IMG/VR virus record: IMGVR_UViG_3300005764_000014
Strand: one strand, 5' to 3'
Length of the DNA: 64,000 nucleotides
DNA from: an uncultured virus (IMG/VR IMGVR_UViG_3300005764_000014)
Lineage: Duplodnaviria; Heunggongvirae; Uroviricota; Caudoviricetes
Below are positions 28,194-36,726 of the stretch, piece after piece. The translations under genes and the position numbers were made by a program. Each line of letters starts with the position of its first letter. The stretch's first letter is position 1. Under the pieces are notes generated by a model. That model did not search any database, had not been told where the DNA came from, and worked only from the letters and a program-made list of their open reading frames with translations.

Positions 28194-29081
28194 ATGATGA
28201 CGGACTATGACGAAGTGCTGCGGATCACCCGCCGCCTCGCGGAACTGGCAGGAGCTATCCCGGCAGGGGGCCAGGTGAGCGGCGGCACGGTCGAGCTAGT
28301 GGGCCCCAAGGGCTACATCCACGGCTGGATCTACGTCGGCACCGGCACGCACAAGGCCGGGGAGCTGAAGGTCGGCAGCTACGTCGGTGACCACGGGCGC
28401 ATCCGCAAGATCACCGCGATCAGGCCCAGCCAGTCCTGGCCGCCGAGCGGGGCCCACAAGGACTACGACTACCAGCACATCGACCCGCAGACCGGCCGCG
28501 AGACCGGTCATACAGGCACCGCGACGATGCACGACTTCGAGGAAGTCCAGCACATCCAGCCCGATGAGACGATGGCCCGCAACATCAAGAACGGGTTCAC
28601 GATCCGCGAGGCCCAGGCCGCCCAGGCCCACCTGCCCGAGGGCGAGGATCTCGGCGGCGCGTCCGCGGCGACGATCCGCCAGGCGGTGCGGGACAAGGCA
28701 CAAGCCGACGCGGTGGCCCGGCACGAGCGGTACGGCCCGCCCCGGCCGCGCCCGGGAACCGGCATCCAGCCACGCCCAGGGCTCGGCCCCCGCCCGGTCT
28801 CACAGATCCGCGCCGAGCTGCGGGCCTCCCAGCAGGCACACGCCGAGCGGCAACTCGCCATCGCCCGGCGCAACGCTGCGGGCAAGGGCTGGGAGCCGTT
28901 CTTGCCCAAGGGCGTCACCCTGGACACCGCCTCCCAGTCCCAGATCACCGCCGCTGCCCGGAAGGCCGGGCAGGCCGCGCAGAAGGCCGTGGACGAGAAC
29001 TGGACCCCGGAGATGCAGCGGGCGGCGATAGCCGCCGGCAGAGCCCGCGCCGGGCCCCGCAGGGGCCGCCCAAAAGCCTGA
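28194..29081 (+). CDS. Head-region modular protein A (VGPxGYxHGW tag)
   Basis: GGAGG RBS; VEL-VGPKGYIHGW at 28290; ends at a CCCAAAA slippery site. Confidence 0.8.
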   Translation: MMTDYDEVLRITRRLAELAGAIPAGGQVSGGTVELVGPKGYIHGWIYVGTGTHKAGELKVGSYVGDHGRIRKITAIRPSQSWPPSGAHKDYDYQHIDPQTGRETGHTGTATMHDFEEVQHIQPDETMARNIKNGFTIREAQAAQAHLPEGEDLGGASAATIRQAVRDKAQADAVARHERYGPPRPRPGTGIQPRPGLGPRPVSQIRAELRASQQAHAERQLAIARRNAAGKGWEPFLPKGVTLDTASQSQITAAARKAGQAAQKAVDENWTPEMQRAAIAAGRARAGPRRGRPKA

Positions 29082-29137
29082 GTTCCCCGCTACTCAGCAG
29101 CACGATCGACCTGGCCAGGCCTGTCCGCACCACACCG

Positions 29138-31501
29138 TTGAAGCAGGCCGCCGCCCGGCGGATGCGCGCCACCGCCGCGGTGCTCGACAAGGACCACCCG
29201 GAGATGATCACCGGGGACCACCTGCGGGACGCCGCCCGGGTGCTGGAGCACGGCTCCACCGAGGGAGCCAGGCGGCACCTGCGGGCCGCGATGGAGACCC
29301 TCACCCCGCTGTCGCTGACCCGGCACGGCATCCGCGACGATGACGGCCACGCCCTCGCCAAGCACCACCTGCACGAGGTTCACCGCCACCACCTAGCGGT
29401 CGAAGACATTGACGACGCCCAGGCTAGAAATGACCGGCTGCGTGAAGCAGCCGCTGCCCGGCGGCAGCCAGGCCAGGAGCAGGAGTCCGCCCCGCCCGCT
29501 GGCCTCGCTGCCGCCAACCCGCCGCGCCGGGCGATCGAGCTGAAGGGCGCGGCGTGGAAGACCGAGAAGCGTGACCCGCGCGGCGAGTGGACCAGGGGCA
29601 TCTCGGCGGGCGCGCTGGCCGAGGCGTTCGGCCAGGCCGCCGGGAGCGGCGGCGGCAGCACCCGCAAGCCCACCGGGATGGCGGCGCTGCCCGCCCAGGG
29701 CATGTTCGGCCGGCGCATCAGCAAGTCCGAGGCGGGCGGGTTCGCGGAGGCGCTCGCCGGCAGTGGCCGCTCCGTTGTCGAGGGCTTCCAGGCCAAGGCC
29801 GCCAAGCAGGAGCTGACCAAGAGCCAGCGGGCGGTGTACGCCAAGCTGCGCAAGGCCGGGCGGGGGCACTACAGCGCCATGCTGACCGCCAAGCGGTTCG
29901 ACCCCCGGATGCTCGCCGCCGCGGCGTTCGCCAGCCGCGGGCCCGCGGTCGAGCTGGTCGGCCCGCACGGCTACTCCCACGGCTGGGTGTACCACGGCGA
30001 CCCGCACCAGATGGAGTTCGCCGCCAACCTCACCCCCGGCAGCCTCAACCACATCCGGGCGATCGAGGATCTGGGCCGGGTGGCTGCGCGGAACGCCACG
30101 GACTTCCGGCCGTCCTCGCCCACCCTGGGCACGTCGCTGCACCACCTGGCCCGGTCGCTGGCGCAGCGTGACATGAAGGGCGCGCGGCTGCACCTGGCCT
30201 CCGCTAAGTGGGCCGACCAGCGTGAGGCGGGCGGCGCGTACAAGGCCGAGCTGGCCGCGATCGAGGCGCAGCTCGGCCAGGTGAACGTGCACCAGAGCGC
30301 CCGGTGGATGCCCCGCCTCGAAGGACACGGGGCGCACGCCTACGGGCGCACCGGCACCCCGCTGGAGCCGACCCGGGGTGCGCTGCGGATACCCGAGTAC
30401 GGCCTGGCCACCGAGCTGTCCGCCCGCACCGCGATGCTAGAGCGGACCCCCGCGCCGCGTGGCCGGCCCGGCGGCCCAGGCCTCTACGACGTCAAGGGCA
30501 TGGGCCACACCCCCTACCTCCAGCAGATCGTCAAGGCGCTGATCGAGAAGCGCGGCATGCCGAGCGGCAAGGCGTACGCCATCGCCCGCGGCGCGATCCG
30601 CAAATGGATGCGTGGCGGCGGCCATGTGCATCCCGAGGTACGGGCCGCCGCCGGCCGCGCCGAGGCGGGCGAGATCGCCCGCCAGGCCCGCGCCAAGGCC
30701 TCCCACGGCCACGCGGTCACCGGGCTGGACGTCGCGGACATGCTGATCGAGCTGGCTTGTGAGCAGGTCGACCTCGTCGGGCCCAAGGGGTACATCCACG
30801 GCTGGATCAAGGTGGACGACGTCGAGGCCGCCCAGCACCACCTGAGCTACACCACCGGCCGGGCCGGTGACCGGGAGATCTACGGGCTGTACAACCACGC
30901 CAACCACACGATCACGCCCCGGCACGCCGGGTACGGGGTGCACGTCACCCACATCCAGCCCGGCGGCAGGCCGGTGGCTGGGCAGGCCGTGGTGTCTTAC
31001 CCGGGGGCCCGCCCGCGGCCCACCTGGCGGGCGAAGATCCGCGCCGCGACCGAGTCCGGGTTCGCCAACGACCAGCCCGCGATCGAGCTGTACAACCCCT
31101 ACCACGCCGGGCCCGGCCAAGGCGGCGGCCGGTTCACCAGCGCGCAGGGCGCGGGCAGCGGCAAGCAGAAGCAGGCCGCCGCCAGGGACCGGCGCGGCGA
31201 CCGGGCCAAGGTCGCCGCGATCCGCACGCGGATCGCCGGCCTGGAGTCGCAACTGCGCGGCCTGGAGGCGCAGCTCCGCGCGTCCGCGGGCACCAAGGGC
31301 TCGGCCGGCACCAAGGCCGCTGGGGCCAAGCGCACCGCCGCCGCCGCCGCCAAGCGCACCGCCAAGGCGGGCACGGCAAAGACCGGCAAGGCCGCCACCG
31401 CGAGGGGGACGTCGTCCGCCAGCTCGCTGCGGGCGCAGATCACCGCGCTCCGCGTCAGGATCGCCGGCCTGCGTTCCCAGCTCGCCGCGGCACGGGCATG
31501 A
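29138..31501 (+). CDS. Head-region modular protein B (several tagged modules; possibly a -1 frameshift extension of A)
   Basis: Repeated [IV][ED]L linkers with both tag types; basic C-terminus; no convincing start of its own. Confidence 0.8.
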   Translation: MKQAAARRMRATAAVLDKDHPEMITGDHLRDAARVLEHGSTEGARRHLRAAMETLTPLSLTRHGIRDDDGHALAKHHLHEVHRHHLAVEDIDDAQARNDRLREAAAARRQPGQEQESAPPAGLAAANPPRRAIELKGAAWKTEKRDPRGEWTRGISAGALAEAFGQAAGSGGGSTRKPTGMAALPAQGMFGRRISKSEAGGFAEALAGSGRSVVEGFQAKAAKQELTKSQRAVYAKLRKAGRGHYSAMLTAKRFDPRMLAAAAFASRGPAVELVGPHGYSHGWVYHGDPHQMEFAANLTPGSLNHIRAIEDLGRVAARNATDFRPSSPTLGTSLHHLARSLAQRDMKGARLHLASAKWADQREAGGAYKAELAAIEAQLGQVNVHQSARWMPRLEGHGAHAYGRTGTPLEPTRGALRIPEYGLATELSARTAMLERTPAPRGRPGGPGLYDVKGMGHTPYLQQIVKALIEKRGMPSGKAYAIARGAIRKWMRGGGHVHPEVRAAAGRAEAGEIARQARAKASHGHAVTGLDVADMLIELACEQVDLVGPKGYIHGWIKVDDVEAAQHHLSYTTGRAGDREIYGLYNHANHTITPRHAGYGVHVTHIQPGGRPVAGQAVVSYPGARPRPTWRAKIRAATESGFANDQPAIELYNPYHAGPGQGGGRFTSAQGAGSGKQKQAAARDRRGDRAKVAAIRTRIAGLESQLRGLEAQLRASAGTKGSAGTKAAGAKRTAAAAAKRTAKAGTAKTGKAATARGTSSASSLRAQITALRVRIAGLRSQLAAARA

Positions 31502-34500
31502 CCGCCGGGCTGGCCATCGAGCTAGCCACCGGGCTGGCGTGGCTGCACGAACTGCGCAAGCCCAACGGCGAATGGACCCGCACCCCCGCCGACAAGCCTG
31601 GCACCGGGCTGGACCGGTATGTGGTCCCCGACCACGCCCGGCTGATCAACCCCCGCGCCGACTACCCCGACCCCGCTGATCACCCGTTCTTCAAGAAGCA
31701 CCCGGTCAGCGTGCAGAACATCATCGACGCCTACGACGCCACCCCGCCCGAGCACCGCATCGCCGGGATGCGCTGGTACTCCGACGCGCACCTGCTAGCC
31801 AGAGCCATGGGAATGCTCGGCGGTGGCCACGGCGGCGACCCGGACAGGCAGGCCGAACTGGGCGCAATCCTGCTGGGCAACTACAGCAACTCCGCGGATT
31901 GGCCGATCAACATGTGGCGGGCGGCGCGGGCCGCCGAGGAGAACAAGCCGATCCCCAAGGGCGAGGGCTACGTCAGCGGCGACATGGTGAAGAAAGCCCA
32001 GAAGGCCCTCGACGGCATGTCTATCGACCAGGTGCTGGTCAGCCCGAAGACCCGCAGCTTCGCCCACCTGCTCGCCCAGGGTGACGACTCCCCTGACGAC
32101 CCCTACGGGCATGTGGTGATCGACGCGCACGCGCTCAACGTGGCCACCGGCGGCGTCGGCCGCGGGCTCACCTACCGGGCCGGGCACCTGAAGGTCGGCG
32201 GGAAACGGGTCAACCCGCCGCTCGAAGACTCCCCGCCGATCTCCACCGACGTCCGGGCGCACGAGTACGTCGGTGACCTGTACCGCGAGGCGGCCAAGAT
32301 AGTCAGCAAGCGCGACGGCGTGCTGATCAAGCCGCACCAGATGCAGGCGGTCACCTGGGTCGGCCAGGTGCTCGCCAACCAGGCCGCCGACAGAGCGGCG
32401 ATGGAATCGGAGACAGGCGGCGTGCTCGGCCGGGCCAAGGGCCGGATCGCCAACGAGGTCAAGGACTGGAAGACCTGGCTGGCCTACGCCAAGGCGCACC
32501 AGTTCCAGCTTGTCCCCGGTGTCTCCGCGCTCGCCAACGACCTGGCCTACCAGGTGCTGGAGATGGCGGGGGAGGGCTCGATCTTCGCCCAGGCCTTCGA
32601 CCTGGCCTACAACCCGCACCAGCCCCGCGGCCCGGACGGCCGGTGGATCAAGGCCGGCGGCATCGCCGCGCAGGCGCTGACCCCCGAGGGGATCATGCGC
32701 GCCGAAGGCTCCCGCGAGCCCGCCACCCACGGTGACCTGCGCACCGCGGTGATCGACTCGAAGATCTACACCGCCCGCCAGTTCGATGCGATGCAGCGGC
32801 AGATCGAGCACCTGCAGCACGAGATCGACACCGGGAAACACGACGAGGCCAGGGCGGTGCTGGTCACCCACCTGGCGTGGATCGGCGCGGGCATCGCGGT
32901 GGCGGTCGGGCTGACCCTGGTCGGCGTGCCGGTGCCGGTTGTGCTGCTGGCCGGGATGGTGCCCGCCCTCGGCCAGGAACTGTCCGAGCTGGGCGTGGTC
33001 CTCGACCACGGCAAGCGGTTCTTCGCCCACCCGGCCAAGGGCTTCCAGGTTGCCATCCACCAGGGCCCGATGGCCGCGCTCGGCATGGCTGCCGACGGCG
33101 GCCTGCACAGCCGGGCTACCGCCTATCTGCTGGACGTCATGCGGGCCACCGGGTACACCGGCAGCCAGGGCCCGCAGATCGCCGCCGCGCTGGTGTCCCA
33201 GTGGATGGACGACAACGCCGCCCGGCTGGCCCACGCCACCAGCGGCATCGAGGCGGCCGGGGGCCTGGTCGCGCAGGTGATCGAGCTTGACTTCAACCCC
33301 GCGGAGCCGCGCGACCCAAAAGGCCGGTGGACTAAGGGCAGCCTGGCGCATCGGATGCTCGACCCGTTCTACAACGAGGTCCCCGAGACCCAGGGCACCA
33401 GCCGCACCAAGGGCACCTACGGCGGGCCGATCGGCCGCGACCTCGAAGACGCCGCCCGGCTGCGGGCCTACCGCCGCCAGCACCCGGTGGCCAGGCCGAT
33501 CACCGCCGCCGAGGCCCGCGGCGACTCCCGCCCGGTGTCCTACGACGAGTTCCAGGCGATTGCCGCGCAGGGACTGAACCAGCTCGCTGGGCTGTCCCGG
33601 CGCACCGGTACTGACGGGCTGGACCAGCACTGGGAGGAGATCAAGGGCAAGACCTGGCCCAAGGTGCAGGAACCGTGGGGCGGCGCGACGATCGACACCG
33701 AGACCGGGCAGCCACTGGAATCCGACGCCGACCGGTACGCCCTATCCGTCAAGCCCGCCGGGCTGCACACCGTGTCGGTGCCCGAGACCGCCTCGGAGCA
33801 GGAGTTCCGCGCCGCGATGGACCGGGCACGGGCCGAGTTCGGTGACGAGCTGGCCAAGGGGCAGCGTTACCTCGGCGTGTTCCACGACGATGACAACCGG
33901 CGCATCGACATCGACCCGGTCCTGGTGGTGGACAGCGTGCCCGAGGTCGAGGCCATCGGCGCGTACACTCATGCTGTCGGCGGCGCGTACCATTTCCGCA
34001 GCGGAGACGGGTTCTGGCCGCCGCACGTAGGCGATGATCAGGTGCAGATGGCGGACGAGGATCGAGTTCACTTCGCGGGCCCCGGCCAGTGGCGTTCCCA
34101 GGCCGACGCGGCCCAGGACGGGCTGAGCCCGGAGCAGGAAGCTGAGATCGAGGACGCCTCCTATGAGACCGTGGTCGGCATCACCGAGCAGATCCTGGCC
34201 ATCACCGACTTGGCCTTCAACCCCGCCGAGCGGCGCGACTCCCACGGCCGGTGGACCCGCGACGAAGTGGCCGACCTGGTCAAGCGGCTGCAGGCCGCCC
34301 GCATCACGCCACCGCCCCGGCAGCGCACCCGCCCGCCGCCCGCCAGGCCGAAGGCCGACCACCGGGTGGCCGCCAACGACGCCGCGTTCGGGCAGCAGAT
34401 GGCCGGGCGGGACATCACCGGCACCCAGTTGCTGGGCATGTACCCGCCCCGGCAGCAGGAGACCCCCGCCGACTACCGCGAGCGGCTGGCCACCGTGCTG

Positions 34501-35355
34501 AGCTACCGGCCACCAGCCCGGCACCCGGTCACCGGGCAGCAGCTCACCCTCGAAGGCATGCCCGACCTGCCGTCGACCCCGGCCCGCAGATCCGCGGACA
34601 TGCGGCAGGCGCTGGACGCCGGGATCGCCTCCAACAGCGAGTTCGACTCCAAGCCCGGCGAGGACATCACCTTCGAGCAGGGCGAGAACGAGAACTACTT
34701 CGGCAACACCGCCGACACCGACATCGTGGACTTCGCGGACGGGTCGGTGTGGGTGCGCAAGCGGGGCATCCCCCGCGACTCGATGGACCGGGAGGTCGCC
34801 TACTCACTCATCGGCCAGGTGTTCGGCACCGGCAGCCCGAGCGCGATGATCCGGCCGGACACCAAGACCGGCCGGGACGCGCTGTGGATGGAGCACGTCG
34901 GCGGCGTGACCGCCATCGAGTGGACCGGCGGCTATGACCCGGATGAGCCGTCTGAGGAGGAGCTGGAGACCGGGTTCGGGGAGTTCCCGCCTGACGGCGC
35001 GGACCCCTACGACATGTGGACCTCGCCGCAGGGGGAGCGGATCGGCCTGGCTGACAAGGTCACCGTGATCGGTGAGCGGCACATGGGCAACTGGATGGTC
35101 GACGGCGGCAAGCCGGTCCCGATCGACAACGAGTCCGCCAGCTTCGAGGCGTACGTGCCCTTCACCGGCAGCCCGTTCTCGGAGAACCTGAACCTGCAGG
35201 GCTTCGGCAGGGATACCACTTACGAGATGTGGGACCAGTGGGCCGACGGCCTGGAGGGCCTGCGGCCCGCCTTCGAGGCGATGAACCACGGCGACTGGCT
35301 GGACAACGCGATAGGCAACTTCGAGCAACTGCGGATCGTAGCGGGGCACGCATGA
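31498..35355 (+). CDS. Head-region polyvalent protein C: glycosylase-like (DUF7178-like), TM-hairpin, unknown and PI3/4K-HipA-like kinase modules
   Basis: Four modules, each opened by a linker plus RxxxGxW tag; motifs IDAHA/QMQAVTW and ERHMGN..IDN. Confidence 0.8.
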   Translation: MTAGLAIELATGLAWLHELRKPNGEWTRTPADKPGTGLDRYVVPDHARLINPRADYPDPADHPFFKKHPVSVQNIIDAYDATPPEHRIAGMRWYSDAHLLARAMGMLGGGHGGDPDRQAELGAILLGNYSNSADWPINMWRAARAAEENKPIPKGEGYVSGDMVKKAQKALDGMSIDQVLVSPKTRSFAHLLAQGDDSPDDPYGHVVIDAHALNVATGGVGRGLTYRAGHLKVGGKRVNPPLEDSPPISTDVRAHEYVGDLYREAAKIVSKRDGVLIKPHQMQAVTWVGQVLANQAADRAAMESETGGVLGRAKGRIANEVKDWKTWLAYAKAHQFQLVPGVSALANDLAYQVLEMAGEGSIFAQAFDLAYNPHQPRGPDGRWIKAGGIAAQALTPEGIMRAEGSREPATHGDLRTAVIDSKIYTARQFDAMQRQIEHLQHEIDTGKHDEARAVLVTHLAWIGAGIAVAVGLTLVGVPVPVVLLAGMVPALGQELSELGVVLDHGKRFFAHPAKGFQVAIHQGPMAALGMAADGGLHSRATAYLLDVMRATGYTGSQGPQIAAALVSQWMDDNAARLAHATSGIEAAGGLVAQVIELDFNPAEPRDPKGRWTKGSLAHRMLDPFYNEVPETQGTSRTKGTYGGPIGRDLEDAARLRAYRRQHPVARPITAAEARGDSRPVSYDEFQAIAAQGLNQLAGLSRRTGTDGLDQHWEEIKGKTWPKVQEPWGGATIDTETGQPLESDADRYALSVKPAGLHTVSVPETASEQEFRAAMDRARAEFGDELAKGQRYLGVFHDDDNRRIDIDPVLVVDSVPEVEAIGAYTHAVGGAYHFRSGDGFWPPHVGDDQVQMADEDRVHFAGPGQWRSQADAAQDGLSPEQEAEIEDASYETVVGITEQILAITDLAFNPAERRDSHGRWTRDEVADLVKRLQAARITPPPRQRTRPPPARPKADHRVAANDAAFGQQMAGRDITGTQLLGMYPPRQQETPADYRERLATVLSYRPPARHPVTGQQLTLEGMPDLPSTPARRSADMRQALDAGIASNSEFDSKPGEDITFEQGENENYFGNTADTDIVDFADGSVWVRKRGIPRDSMDREVAYSLIGQVFGTGSPSAMIRPDTKTGRDALWMEHVGGVTAIEWTGGYDPDEPSEEELETGFGEFPPDGADPYDMWTSPQGERIGLADKVTVIGERHMGNWMVDGGKPVPIDNESASFEAYVPFTGSPFSENLNLQGFGRDTTYEMWDQWADGLEGLRPAFEAMNHGDWLDNAIGNFEQLRIVAGHA

Positions 35356-35561
35356 CAGCACTCACCGTGTACAGCACCACACGCACCCTCGGCCAGATCA
35401 CCCTCGACAGCGGCGAGCTGGCCGGCGACACCCCGGGACTGCAAGAGGTCGCCGCCTCGGCGCTGCGCATCGCCGGCGGGAACGCCGAGGACGCTTATGA
35501 CAGCCTGAACGGGTTCACCAACGGTTACATCACCATTGTCGGGCCACCCCTGGAGGACTGA
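35352..35561 (+). CDS. Small hypothetical protein
   Basis: ATGA overlap. Confidence 0.65.
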   Translation: MTALTVYSTTRTLGQITLDSGELAGDTPGLQEVAASALRIAGGNAEDAYDSLNGFTNGYITIVGPPLED

Positions 35562-35564
35562 CCG

Positions 35565-36602
35565 ATGAGTCACCCGATCTACGCGGCGGGGGCCCCGCTG
35601 CCGACCCCGCCGTATCCGCCAGGCTCGATCGCCATGCACACCGCAGGTGGCCTGACCCAGCCGGCCGCGCCGCCGCCGCCGCCCGCCTACCAGACCGTGC
35701 CGGCCACCTGGATGGGGATGGTGTTCAGTTACCCCGGCGACTGTCCGTCGATGACCAGCGCCTGGCTCGCGGGCACCGGCCGCGGACCCACCCTCACCGG
35801 CAAGACCGCGTTCGGTGCCACGTTCCCCAACTGCGCGGCCAACAAGCTGTTCTACTACCCGACCGAGGTCATGACCACCTGGGCCGCCGGGCACAAGAAA
35901 ACCGACCAGGAGTCCTCGATCCCGGGCAACTGCCTGCTGTGCGTGTGCATCCCCGGCCCGAACCCGAAGATCACCCCGGCGATGATCACCGCCTACGTCA
36001 ACTCGATCCCGCCCCGCTCCGCCCCGGTGGTGATGATCCCCAGCCAGGAGTACGAGCACCAGGGGTGGTCCAGCCCCGGCCAGTACTTCGCCTGGTTCGA
36101 GCAGATGTCGGCGGCGATCCGCGCGGCCAAGCCGCAGGGCGTCCAGGTGCTGATCATGGCCGACTCCGCGGGCAGCGCCTACACCCCGAACGGGCCGGGC
36201 GCGAACGGCTCGTGGATCGTCCCGGCCACCGGGCCCGGCGCGATCGACTTCGACATCTACGGCTCCGACCAGTACCAGAACCAGGCGGTGCTGAAGCCGG
36301 GCGGCCTGGCCAGCTCGCAGCAGTTCCAGACCTGGCTGGGCTACGTCGGGCACAGCGGCAAGAAACTCATGACCCCCGAGTACGGCGTGTGCGCCGCGCC
36401 AGGCGCTGCCGCCCAGCGGGACCGGATCGCCGCCGACATGACCTACCTGCTGTCTCCGCAGGTGCCGCTGTGGTTCGGGGTCATCTACTGGTACTCCGAC
36501 TGCACCGCCGGCGGCCTGGCGCAAGACGACCTGCACCGGCACCAGTTCACCGATCCGGCCACGGTCAGCCTGTGGAACAACGTCATGTCGGGCACTTTCT
36601 GA
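35565..36602 (+). CDS. Glycoside hydrolase, clan GH-A (GH26-like)
   Basis: SQEYE (acid/base-like), DIYGSDQY, LMTPEYG (nucleophile-like) and IYWYS. Confidence 0.6.
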   Translation: MSHPIYAAGAPLPTPPYPPGSIAMHTAGGLTQPAAPPPPPAYQTVPATWMGMVFSYPGDCPSMTSAWLAGTGRGPTLTGKTAFGATFPNCAANKLFYYPTEVMTTWAAGHKKTDQESSIPGNCLLCVCIPGPNPKITPAMITAYVNSIPPRSAPVVMIPSQEYEHQGWSSPGQYFAWFEQMSAAIRAAKPQGVQVLIMADSAGSAYTPNGPGANGSWIVPATGPGAIDFDIYGSDQYQNQAVLKPGGLASSQQFQTWLGYVGHSGKKLMTPEYGVCAAPGAAAQRDRIAADMTYLLSPQVPLWFGVIYWYSDCTAGGLAQDDLHRHQFTDPATVSLWNNVMSGTF

Positions 36603-36605
36603 GCC

Positions 36606-36622
36606 TGTAAGTACAGGTCAGC
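36606..36622 (-). promoter_or_regulatory. 17-bp intergenic motif (copy 2, inverted)
   Basis: TGTAAGTACAGGTCAGC is the reverse complement of 18760-18776. Confidence 0.55.
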
Positions 36623-36726
36623 CTCTTTCCCCGCCGGGAAATTAGCGCGTAGGCTGCCGAGCTAGAACGAGTTCGGCGCGCTAGTCCCCGCGCGTGCCGG
36701 TCCTTGAAGCGACCGGAGGCGGGGAT

